Assembly (NCBI GenBank): GCA_012295275.1
Contig: CM022672.1
Location: forward strand, 33,108,001 to 33,172,000
Origin: Chrysomallon squamiferum
Taxonomy: Eukaryota; Animalia; Mollusca
DNA: 64,000 nt
Direction: 5' to 3'
In this document: in pieces, positions 14,601 through 64,000 of the stretch
How positions within the stretch are numbered: the first letter of the stretch is position 1
How the letters are laid out: each line of letters begins with the position of its first letter
Program-made: the position numbers and the translations under genes
Notes under the pieces: generated by a model
Databases searched by the model: none
What the model was told of the DNA's origin: nothing
What the model saw: the letters and a program-made list of their open reading frames with translations, nothing else

Positions 14601-15259
14601 ATCATGGCAGAACCATTTCAGTACTGTCAGTTAAGATGTGGGGGAAAATGAACACAGTGAATAATAAATTATAATTTAAAAATTATATGGTTTGAATCAA
14701 AATATCCCCCTAAAACAAACAATGGATGAGGGGTTTTTTGGAGGGTTGCTGAGGATGATTATCATATTGTTTTTACTTATAATTCATCCATTAAAAATAA
14801 ATTTCCTCACTACCATAGACACTGGCGACTGCATGCATACAGTCCCAATAATGTGAAAATTTATAGATGAAATATGTGAAACTGGAGACTGCAACTGCTA
14901 GTGTAGAGAGTAATAAACAACTGCAGGAACAAGACTGTGTGCATGTGTGTGTGTGTATGTGTGTTAATAATAATAGATTAAAGGACTGTAAAGTCAAAAG
15001 ATTTTTTTAAGTAGAAATGTATTTTTCATTGTTAATCAATAACCTCTTGGTCTTACTCTTAACTGTGTCGATAGCCTAATACTAATAGCTGTTGCACATT
15101 AATGTATAAAGATGAATTTAACCATAATTTTATTTTATATTTTCCTCCTATTTATTAATACTAATAGAAATAAGAAGTAAATGCATATATTTATATGCAA
15201 TAATAAACAAAATAAATCGAAAGCAGCATAATAATATTAGCTATTAATATTTATGACTA

Positions 15260-15358
<99 letters not shown>

Positions 15359-15468
15359 TTATTAACAAATTATTTACACGCGAAATAAAAAATATCAAAA
15401 TCTGAAAGCGACTTCACAACAGTGAAGAATATGAACCAAAAATAAAAACCACTCGCCTGTCGACCCAC

Positions 15469-15698
15469 CTTGCTTGTGCTTCGTCTAAGCTTTGGTCGGT
15501 TATGGTCATAATTTGTTGCAAAATGTCACCAATTTCTTGTTTTCTTTGGTCAGGGTCACCAGATTGCATATTCTGGTCATATACAGTTTGCTGTGGCATA
15601 ACACTGGCCATAGTACCAGGCCCTTGGTGCATTAACCTTTGTTGGTCGTTTTCCATTCCTGTTCCACCGCTCGATGCAAAACGAACTAAGTTTTCCAT
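15469..15698 (-). CDS. Pbx: Pbx/extradenticle first coding exon
   Basis: ...MENDQQRLMH...RKQEIGDILQQIMTITDQSLDEAQAR with donor GTGGGT at 15468. The start may be the second in-frame ATG at 15656, which aligns with PBX1 MDEQPRLMH. Confidence 0.93.
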
Positions 15699-15839
15699 CT
15701 GTGTGGTTTATGAAGTCACAAAACAAGAAACAAAATACTTGTCCAGATATTCCGATGTGCGTACACTAGGTGTAAGTCACATCTGGTCACGGATCTTAAT
15801 ATTTTGAGCAATAAATCCATACACTACCGAAGCCTGTAA

Positions 15840-15990
15840 ACATTCTCACAAATTGTTCACAAATGGCGACCGTCGCGTGCATAAGAGATCTCCCGTCAGT
15901 GTGTGAAAATCGACCAATCAAATCACGAGGGGCAAAGCTGGCTTTCTAGCGGGGATGAGTATTGACATACTGACCTACAAATGCCATTTC
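15840..15990 (-). promoter_or_regulatory. Putative Pbx core promoter
   Basis: CpG-rich patch 150-300 bp upstream of the ATG, with a YY1-like AAATGGCG (15861-15868) and a CCAAT box (15914-15918). Confidence 0.5.
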
Positions 15991-16230
15991 TTTAGTCGTA
16001 ATCACTGAAAATCAGCGCCTTTATTTATAAACAATAGGCATACTTTCATTTTGTCCTTTAATCCGATTATCTGACAAAAGAAATGGAGTATAAAACTCAA
16101 GCACTTAATTAGTATGGTGAAAATGCTATTGTCGTATACAGTACTTTACAGTATATTCACAATTTACAGATTATTTGAAGGGCTCTCGGATACATTAATT
16201 TTAAATACCAGTAACAGTAACTGAATAAAC

Positions 16231-16303
<73 letters not shown>

Positions 16304-17129
16304 TGATTCCTAATTCTACACTCTGTCATCGTTTCTGTGTATCTGAAGAAGAATATCCAGTACAAAATATCTTAACCTAAATGCATTGTTATTAATAAAA
16401 TATTTTATTTTATTTATTTGTTTTTATTATTTTTGTTTTACTGTATTTTTTTTTTTTTTTTATGTGGTGTGTTTATTCTGTGATTTAAACGTTTTTTACA
16501 TGGGGGATTTAAGCGTTTTTATATGTGTGTGTGTGTGATTGTGTGCGCGCGCGCGTTTGTATGTATATGTGGGCGAGAGAGAGAGCGAGCGAGAGCGAGA
16601 AAGAGAGCACTACAATAAAAAAAATAAAAAATCAAATATGAAAACAAAATAAATCATTAAAATGTAAATAATAAATTATACCAACTCACAAAAAGTTCGC
16701 GGAAATATTTTCAATACGTTAAAACATTAGAACCCAAAACAGGCCCCTGACAAGATGCCCACGAAACTCTTTGTTTAAGCCTCGACTATGTAATTGCCTG
16801 CAGACACATGCGACCGCCTATGAAATGGAAACTGCCTGCGGGTCGACATAGGTATATATGTAGATGAAAGCCAAGATAGAGGAAATCCGAATTATGCATG
16901 CAAAATAAAGCTAGGGTTTTTCATGCAGTATTATTTTCATATCAATGAAAGCTTCTGTCTACTGGAGTTGTGTTGTTATTTTTACTAGATTTTACGAAAT
17001 ACTTGAATTATGCTTTGGTTACGCACAGGTTTCAAAAAATGTTTGTAGTATTCGTATCGTTGGTTTAAATGAATGAATGTTTAATATTTTGTAATAAATA
17101 GATATAGTAAACATTGTTTTTCATATTAT

Positions 17130-17166
<37 letters not shown>

Positions 17167-17962
17167 CCTCTTTCCTTTTTTATTTTTTATTTATTTATTT
17201 ATTTATTGTCATTTTTATTTATTCATTTGTAATGTTTTATTATTTATTTATTTGTTTGTTTCTTGTTTGTTTTTCTTTTGTTTTTTTTTTTTTTTATTAC
17301 TGTCATTTTGTTTTTATATATATATATTTGATTTATTTATTTGTTGATTTATATTTATTATTATTATTTATTTATTTATTTATTTGTTTAGTTAGTTAGT
17401 TAGTTAGTTAATAAGTTTCTGTTTTTATCCAACACTTAAGTAAATATTCTTCTGCAGAGAAAAACTACACATGATAGTTATGGATTTTTTTACCTCCATA
17501 TTGTGAACACTGTCTTGAACGGGAAATTGACTGATACATAATACTGACAAGGAATGATCCCGTAACTCATACGTATGAGTCACTCTTCTTCTTCTTGTTG
17601 TTGTTGTTGTTGTTGTTCTTCTTCTTCTTCTTATTATTATTACAAAAGTTTACGATTTATTAGAACTAATCAGCTTTCATCCTCCATTGTACCTTTCAAT
17701 TTTTCTTCTCTCTTTCTCAAATTTTATTCAGTCTTTCACTCATTAAAAAATATTTAACAGAAACAAAGACGGTATTCTTTATCAATATAATTAAACAATA
17801 CAAAAACAGTGGCAAAGCGCGCACGCGCGCACGCACTTCCACATTATCTTCATACAAAAATGTTCGACATGTTACATATAAATAGCACAGCAAACAGGTT
17901 TTTATAAGTCGATGTAATATTTGCAAATTAAAATCAAATAATAATAATAATAATAATAATAA

Positions 17963-17993
<31 letters not shown>

Positions 17994-18286
17994 AAGAATG
18001 AGCTAATTTCAAAGATAAAGGTAAAAGAAAAAATGTATATAAATTTTTAAAAAATTAACCTCACTTTTAATTCTTATAAGCCACAAATAATTTCCGATCG
18101 GTTATTTAAACTAAACATCAAGTTAAAAATACCTTTAGTCTCAATGTAAACAGCGACATAGTATTGTGTTTCGGATTTATTATAATTTTATTTATTTATT
18201 GTTTTAATTTGGAACCGCTTGAAAAATTCTGACTTGGCAAAAAGTTGTAATTATATATCTGTAATCATATTTAAATAAACATATCC

Positions 18287-18366
<80 letters not shown>

Positions 18367-18546
18367 ACAAACGTACCCGTACGATATGTATATATGTATA
18401 CGTATGTATGTGCATATATAAAATATACATATATATATATATATGAATGTATGTATGTATGTATGTATGTATGTATGTATACACACAAACACACACATAC
18501 ACACACATACATACTTACACATTCATACACATATATTTGTATATAT

Positions 18547-18848
18547 ATATATTTCTCTTTGATATTTATTAACAATTTTGTTTAAATTTCTTTTGTATTT
18601 GGGTACATTATGAAAATAAAAGAACGTAGATGTCAGTATGTATGCATGTGCGTATATATGTGTATGTATGTGTGTGTGTGTGTGTGTGTATATATGTGTA
18701 TATATATTCATATCAAAGAGAAATATATATCTGTATATATATATTTCTCTTTGATATTTATTAACAATTTTTTTTTAATTTTCATAATGTACCCAAATAC
18801 AAAAGAAATTAAAAAAAATTTGTTAATAAATATCAAAGAGAAATATAT
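18547..18848. repeat. Inverted repeat / foldback with ~70 bp arms and an inner palindrome
   Basis: 18547-18617 is near-identical to the reverse complement of 18778-18848. Inner TATCAAAGAGAAATATAT..ATATATTTCTCTTTGATA palindrome at about 18711-18755. Confidence 0.85.
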
Positions 18849-19024
18849 GTCTGTGTGTGTATATATATATATGTATATATACTCATACATATATATATAT
18901 ATATATATTTTATACTGCATGCATAATGATATATAACCTTTCATTTACTAGTGAGATCTTGACAGATATCAGCTATTAGCAGCTGGCTATGTAATAACAT
19001 GCGTAACATTTGTGGGCGCGAAAG

Positions 19025-19125
<101 letters not shown>

Positions 19126-20508
19126 GTGTTCACATTTAAATATAATTAGAATGGTACATAATTACATTTAAAGAATTTGAATATATATATATATATGATA
19201 TTATAATATACTGAATATATATTGTGTGTATTATATATACTGAAATAATTTAAATTCGTCAACTTCACGAGAGAAAACAATACCAGACTAAAGATATTAC
19301 AGATGCGTTTTGCTCTTACACTAGTAGAGAAGAGAGAGAGAGAAGAAGAAGAAGAAGAAAAAAGAAGAAGAAGAAGAAGAAAAAAGAAGAAAAAGATAAT
19401 GATGTTGATGAATATGAAGAGAACAAGAAACAAACAAAATTTGGACACAACTAGTGTACATTTTTCGCTAGTGTTGTCGGCGAGAATAAAGAGTAAAAAT
19501 AAACAGATATTATCGGATTTAAAACAAAAAACAAACAAACTGTCTCTTGTTGATTATTTTGCATACGTCAACATCTGCGCTTCTTATTATTTATTCCCCG
19601 GCAAAACCATCTTAATTGCTTTGCATGTTTTGCATAATAAAACCGCGCTTTGTCACGTTGTTTCTGGTGATTGATTGTAACGTCTTGCTGTAGAGCTTGC
19701 GGCACATCCGTGTGTTTAACGGGGCCCTGTTTCACGAAAGATACTTCTGCAACCTTTGTTTTTCGTAAATATTTAAAAAAAAAAAAAAAAAAAATATACG
19801 AGTATTAAATCGTTGCTAACTCTAGTTACTACTGTTATTTCTGTTTTCGTTGTTGTCCTAATGTTGTAGCAGTTATTATTATTATTACTGTTGTTGTTGT
19901 TGGAGTTCTAATATTGTAGCAGTTACTGTTGTTGTTGTCGTCGTTTGTTGTTGCTCTGTATTGCTTTAGCGGACTAATTCTTTTTGAAATAAGGCTCCTC
20001 AGAAATCTGTCTTTTTGAGAAAACCGGAATCGGCCGGATTTGACACGGAATCTTGTTGTTCAGTTGTCAAGGAAGGTGAATACTAAAAGAAAAAGAGTAT
20101 TCTGTGAAAACAGTCGGTTTTATCTCTCATTGTCAACGTAAATAAATAAATAAATTTACACAGTCACTGCATTAAATATATGTAATTATTACTACGGTGA
20201 ATGGAACTTTTTATTTTTTTATTTTTCTTACTATCTCTGTGTTCTTCTCTTAGTTCAAGACCAAAAAATAGGAAAAAATAATTTCAAATAATATAATATA
20301 AAATATTTATTTTCTTTTAATTATTAAATCAATGTTATTATTCCAAATAAATAAATAAATAAATAAATAAATAAACTTTCATGAAAAATAAATAGAAATT
20401 TCTTTATTTTAAATATTTATTTATTTATTTATTCTCTCACCCTCCACCCTTCCCCCTATCTCTCCCACCCCTCTCGTTTTTGTCAAGTTATGATGAACAT
20501 TATTTATT

Positions 20509-20560
<52 letters not shown>

Positions 20561-21119
20561 CTAAATACGATGTTTTTGAAGAATATTTTAAACTACCTGC
20601 TAAACGTTTCTACTTTCTTTCTTCTTTATTTGTTTAGTTATTTTATTATTATTGTTGTTGTTGTTGTTGTTATTATTATTATTAGATTCGTTCTGTATTA
20701 AATTAAAAATGTGTCTATGACAGTTTGTTTTTCTTTTTTCTTCATTATTATTAATTTCTTTAAATTTATTTATTTATTTTTTTTTTTCGTCCTGGCCTAT
20801 TCATAACAACAATTTTATAATTTTTATAATCTGTTTCTCCTTAGAACCTTCTTATTTCAGAATGAGGACTTTACTAAATCTGTCAGTTAACACCTGGGAT
20901 ACTTATTGAATAAATGTATTGATTAAATCTATAAATATAAAAAAATAAAACTCAAGAATTAAGGCTCGACTACCCTGTTTTAGTATTATTGTCACTAGCT
21001 GGGTTCAGCATAACAAAGTATCTGATTTATTTTAAAAATACGACAACGAATACATATTACTGGAATTACACTGACTAATAAAAACTGATAATGTTTGTGA
21101 CAATTATAATCTAGTCTGC

Positions 21120-21275
21120 CTTGGTGGACAGTTAATCTATATCTGGTTCCAGCCAAAGCTCCATGTCGGGTGTAAACAAAAGTCCTATGCTGTCTGTGGG
21201 ATGGTACATATACAAAAAATATTGTTGCTAACTGGAAACAGTAGTTATGAAATGATTTTTCTCTCTTGTTATCTC
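21120..21275 (+). mobile_element. Degenerate MetaSINE-like fragment
   Basis: GTTCCAGCCAAAGCTCCA...CTATGCTGTCTGTGGGATGGTACATATA...TTGCTAACTGGAAACAGTAG resembles the recalled Meta domain (CTATCCTGTCTGTGGGATGGTGCATATAAAAGA..CTTGCTGCTAATCGGAAAGAGTAG). Confidence 0.6.
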
Positions 21276-21482
21276 GTTACAAAATAATTATAAAAACACG
21301 TCAATAATAATAATAACAATAACAATTAGAAGAATAACGTATATATGCAAATAGCTGTAGACTAAATATTTTTCCATATGAAACAAGTGTGACGTCAATA
21401 AAGTCACAAACACGTACCCAGTTTCGGAACCATTGATTTTTAGTTAATTTGTTGATGATTTTTACTATATCAGCATTATAAT

Positions 21483-21564
<82 letters not shown>

Positions 21565-22600
21565 TTTATACACAGACGTATCAGTCGCTATAATTATTAT
21601 AATTAAATTTTTCAATGATAATAATCTTTGTCATCGGTTCCCAAGAAGATTATACTTATACGATCTCAATCATTTTGCCATCCATCTGTCATCAAATCCT
21701 ATCTAGGTAATTCCGATCGCTAGAATTTCAATTAATAATTATGTTAATGTCCCTTCACAATCTAATCTTGTTGCTGGTACTGATGGACTCATTCTGTTAC
21801 TATTCATAGGTAATTCATGGTGTTTTCGGAATTCTCCGTTGAAAATAGGAAAACAAAGTTCGCGATTTTTCGTTGGTTTTATTTTGGGTTTTTTTTTTTT
21901 TTGGGGGGTTTTATAAAAAATTCTTTATGGTTCATATGAGAAAATTTCAAATTGCAGTATAACAAAAATAACTAAATCATTTTTTTAATTATTATTTTAT
22001 TTTATTTTACGATTTGTGTTACTGACATATTGACATGTAAACCAGTCATAAATTTATACAGTTAAGTTTCCATGTCCCTTTAATGCTACAAAACTTACGA
22101 ACAAAACTAAAGAGTTCCAGTCTACTGATAAACCCGCATTTCCCCCAAGGGTGATTAGGGGGAAACGATAAACTTTGACACTTCCTTGGGGAACATTTCT
22201 AATTGATCCACAAATGTGGAGTAGATTGCGATGATTGTAATTGGAATTACGTTAAGAATATGGCGGGTTATCCTGGGACTTACCACAGGGTAATCATCGC
22301 AGTTTGATGGTTATGTTTCGTACGACCATTGTTTTAATCGCCGTGTCAGCGAAGATACAAAACGTGTCATCATCGTCCCACAAGGACATTGTTAGAGATA
22401 AACAGAAGTAGGTGTTAAGAAGCTAGCATCGAGCGATTTTAATCAATAGGCAATCGAGATGACAGGTTTATGACGAACGTGAAGTGTCGCAGAAATTAAT
22501 TCTGCTCGAGCGAGATATTTTAATCTATTCGCGGCGTATTAGAGACCACAGAAAGTAATAATTATGTGAAAGTGGATTACAATGCAAAAGATTAATCGAT

Positions 22601-22675
<75 letters not shown>

Positions 22676-23796
22676 TTTACAATGATGAAGATGTGGGTAA
22701 AATAGAACGAATGATAATAGAAAACAAAACAAAAAAAGAAAAAGAAAAAAAGAAGAAAAAAAGAGACAATTTGAAAGAAAATGAACAAAACGTGACTGAC
22801 GAAATTTTTTAAATGCAAGTTATGTTTGTATATATGTATTAAAGGCAATCTATAATAACAATGACAATATTCATAATGATAATTGGAATATAAATTATAT
22901 AAAAAAAAAAAAAAAAAATTAAAAAGCAGAAAAAAGATGAAAATGAAAGAATAAATAATTAACAAATATAAAATGCACACATAAATTTTAAATTAGACAA
23001 TTAAAATCGAATAACACAAAAGAGGGCATATTCAGGGTTTGGGTAAATTAACGGAGTGGTTTCATCGTTGATTTAAATAAAGAACTGTCATTATAAAAGT
23101 TGGACACCTAATATAAAAATAACGAAGACATTGGTGGAATTTACATCTCACAAAGGCATCTTCATATTCCAAAATTAAATTATATTTTAAAATAAATAAA
23201 ATACCTAACGTATATTTATTGTAAATTTACTGTAAGTCTTTCAAGGACTGAAAAAAATTATAGATATAATAATACATTTTTTTTTTTTTTCGATAAAAGA
23301 ATGAACGATAAGCACATATCGAATACACAGTCACTCTCCTCCCCCTCAGCGTCATAAAGAATACATCTAATTTACGAATTCTGACAGCGAGGTTCTCGCA
23401 GAACATTCACCCTGCACGCGACTTCAACTTTTGAACCGTAAACTTGGTCAAGCGTGAAACAGAAAGTGCACAAACAAGAGGCGGGAAAAATGTTTCATTT
23501 GCTAAAAATATTTGACTTTCGTTGAAATGATTAGTCTCGATGCTGAAGCAGAAAGCAAATTCTATTACGGGCAGACGCACAAGAGATGATTTACGATTGG
23601 ATGGAAATATCACGTGTCTGATATAATTTTAACACTTTCTTTCCATTTCGTTATTAAAAATAGTCTCTTACGAAATTTAACTGCCCCCCACCAAACAAAA
23701 CAAAACAAAATAAATACAAACGATTACGATTTTTTATTAATCGTGGAATACGTGTCGATGGAACTGTATTATTTCTACATATTAATAAATAAAATT

Positions 23797-23833
<37 letters not shown>

Positions 23834-23957
23834 ATTATTAACATCTTTATTTTTTCTTTTTCTTTTTAAATTATTTTTAGTTTGTCAGTAAACTGATATC
23901 CCTTGTTTGAAAACAGCAGACTTCAAATAAATTTGTAGAGTATTTCTTGTCACTATT

Positions 23958-23997
<40 letters not shown>

Positions 23998-24881
23998 AAG
24001 AAAGAAGAAAAGGACTCGTCTCTTTATATAATTTATTCCACGTAAATATGATTGTAAAATAATACCGTCCCGTTTGTCGACTTTTCTGACACTTTAATTA
24101 TTCTTCTCGGCTATTTCTGTATGCACGTACTGGCGAAGCGTTAGTTCCCTAATTAACTAAGAGAAACCCGAGTAGCGTAGCTGTCATTCTCGTTGAAGGA
24201 AAAAAAAAAAGTCATTATATTTTTGTTCATTACCACGTTTCTTTGATGCTTGGTAGAGTCGGAAAATCGATAGGTCGTGTTGTTTTGTTAAGGAAAGCAA
24301 GTGTGACAAGAAATACTGGTGTTTTTATTTTTTACATTTTTTTTTTTTTTTTAATTTGTTATTATTATTATTATTTTTTTTTTATCTGCAGTAATCCAAT
24401 ATTGTCAGTTAATTAAGTTAGTATCAACGAATATAAACAAAGAAAGGATAACAAAATACATAATTAAAAAAGTTAAAAAAAAATAAAATAAAAATAAAAT
24501 AAAAAACAGAAGAAAATTAGAAAAAAAAAGAGAAAAATATATAAATAATAATAATAATTAGTAATGGAGAGTACAAATAAAATAAATTTAAAGAAAACAC
24601 CCCCCACTAAAAAAAGATAACTTCTTCATTTTAATCTTACTATTAGTAGTTCTACTAGCAGTTGTACTACTACTACTTGCCTGCTGGTCTACTATACTAT
24701 TATTAACTACAGTTTCTGCTACTATTACTACCATAATTATTACTACTGTTACTATTACTTCTACTGTCATTACTACAAATAATATCACTGCAACAACAAC
24801 AACAACAACAACAGTAACAACAATAAATAATAATAATAATACAACAATAATAATAACAGTAATAATTATAATAATAATAGA

Positions 24882-24913
<32 letters not shown>

Positions 24914-24919
24914 TAATAA

Positions 24920-24957
<38 letters not shown>

Positions 24958-25348
24958 TAATAATAATAAAGAAAAACAGAACGTACTGAACAAGACAAAT
25001 AGTATGTTTTATTGCATTTTAAGTAATAAAATTCTTTTATATAAATATATTATTAGAAAACAACAACCCAATCCACACTTGTGTATAAAATCCAACTTTG
25101 TCAAAATATACCAGTTTTTAACAGACAGATTCGAACATTCCTGTCTTTAGCTAAATTGTGACAAACAATTATACTATTGTCTACTGTTTTGTGTGTATAA
25201 ACTTCTACTGTGAAATCAGTTTATAAATTTTGTCCATGAATAAAAAAAATTAATTTGTCAAAATTTTTTTTTTCATATATACCATAAAAAAGTAAGAAAA
25301 AACTCTGTTTTGAAAAATTTGTCATTTTTTTTTTTAAAAAAATAACTC

Positions 25349-25379
<31 letters not shown>

Positions 25380-26810
25380 ACAAATGAATAAATAAAAATA
25401 AAATATAATAAATAATAAGAAGAAAATAACTGCATATTAAATATAAAATAAAATAATAATGATAAAAAAAAATAAAAATAAAATAAAATAAATTAAAAAA
25501 GCATAATAAGAAGAAAAATAAAATGTTATAAAACAAAATAAAGAAATATAATTTTACTTCAAACAGTTTTTATTTTTTTTACTTATTTATTTTTGAGTAA
25601 ATAAAAATTATACACCTGTCATTTGAAAAATACACATAATAACAAATAAATAGCTGACAACAAGATAGAGAAAAATAACAACAAAATTAAAAAAATTCAT
25701 GTGTGACTTTGTACCTGGAAAAACTGATTTTAAAATATTTTCTAAAAAAGATACTATTTTAATTATTAATGAATATTATGGCAAAAAAAAAATAATAATA
25801 AAAAAAAAATAAAAATGAGATATATTAACATAGCTGTAGAAACTATTTACATATTTAAAAAAAAAGAAAAAAAAAGTAGACTGTTTTAATGAATCATATG
25901 AAAGAAATTTAAAAAAAAAAAAAAAAAAAATTATGAATTTTTTTTTATTAATGTACTGACAGTTTGTATCTACAAAACTGACTAAAAGATATTTAGAAAT
26001 ATTTTAATGATTAATTTCCAAAGATTGTTACTAATAATCTGGGATATTTATGACCTGTAAACTTATACTTGGCTTTACACCATGTTTCTTGAAAGACACA
26101 TCTTGATGAGGAATTTAAATATAACGATGTATATTTGAAACTGAATTAAATCACTGATACAATGTTTTTAAATACTCTGCTGTAAATTTTTAACAAAAGG
26201 ACTGATTAATCACAACAAAATCACGTTTTCTTGAAATAAAAATACAATTCAACTGAAGTAAAACAACAACACAGACATCAGCAATTGTATCCTCTGTGTA
26301 CATCATGTTTATACTTCAGTTATTACACTGGGGTACACATAATCTATGTACATCAATTTTTCTAATATTTCAGTTATGTACAGATGTGTACAAATATAAA
26401 CATACTGACAGAGAAATAAACACAAATTTGACATTCATTTGAATCAAAGTTTACATGCAGTACATTTAAAAAGAATAAATATATCACAGATAGTACTAGC
26501 AAATAAAGGCTTAATGGAATATCTTATTATTATTATTATAATTATTATTATTATCATTTTTATTACAAGCAATTTGCTACAACTCATTTTATTTATAAAA
26601 CACAACAAAACACTGATTTTCTTTCTTTTACATAACTGTTTTACTTTAAACTTTTTTATTTCATTTTATTACAATTTTAGTAAAACAGAATACTTTAATC
26701 TGTTATAATGATTATTATCTTTTAAAAAAAATTAAAATCAACTTTTAAAAATTAAATAATTTAATAATAAAAAGTGAAGTAACATGAACAGTCCAGGGAA
26801 AATGTAACCC

Positions 26811-63889
<37,079 letters not shown>

Positions 63890-64000
63890 CTGTTAAACAC
63901 AATAGATACAAAATTACTTACAAAGGATTTTATCAAAACAGTCTTGTAGTATGACAAATTCAAAGTTACTTACTGATAGGTGATGCGAAAAATTACGAAT

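Noticed and set aside
19303-19674. 123 aa ORF with E/R/K runs resembling a nuclear protein
   Set aside because: Derived from (GAA)n and A-rich repeats, with no domain or splice support.
63974-64000. Possible preceding CCDC180 exon end (GTAAGT donor at 63973)
   Set aside because: Only 27 nt visible. The in-phase translation (FVIFRITYQ) is not recognisable, so it is unresolved without flanking sequence.

Overview
AT-rich, microsatellite-dense animal genomic DNA. It is probably molluscan or another lophotrochozoan, inferred from protein similarity and MetaSINE-like relics. Three protein-coding genes are supported. (1) The 5' part of a Pbx/extradenticle TALE homeobox gene on the minus strand: coding exons 15469-15698, 15262-15335 and 1941-2185, with the homeodomain exons beyond the left edge. 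(2) The 3' part of a CCDC180-like coiled-coil gene on the minus strand: 25 phase-consistent GT-AG exons from 63889 to the stop at 26811, about 1270 codons, with its 5' end beyond the right edge. (3) A GC-rich alpha-arrestin with an intronless CDS (47218-48396, plus strand), nested antisense in a ~17 kb CCDC180 intron. The most striking unexplained pattern is that many CCDC180 exon-intron junctions are themselves tandemly duplicated, giving arrays of decoy acceptors and donors and potential in-frame microexons. Also present are a Tigger4/MER46-like MITE, a mariner 3' remnant, MetaSINE-like fragments, intronic RFX X-box-like motifs, a foldback repeat and a CpG-retaining domain upstream of Pbx. 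Everything was read by eye, no searches were run, and family assignments rest on recalled sequences.
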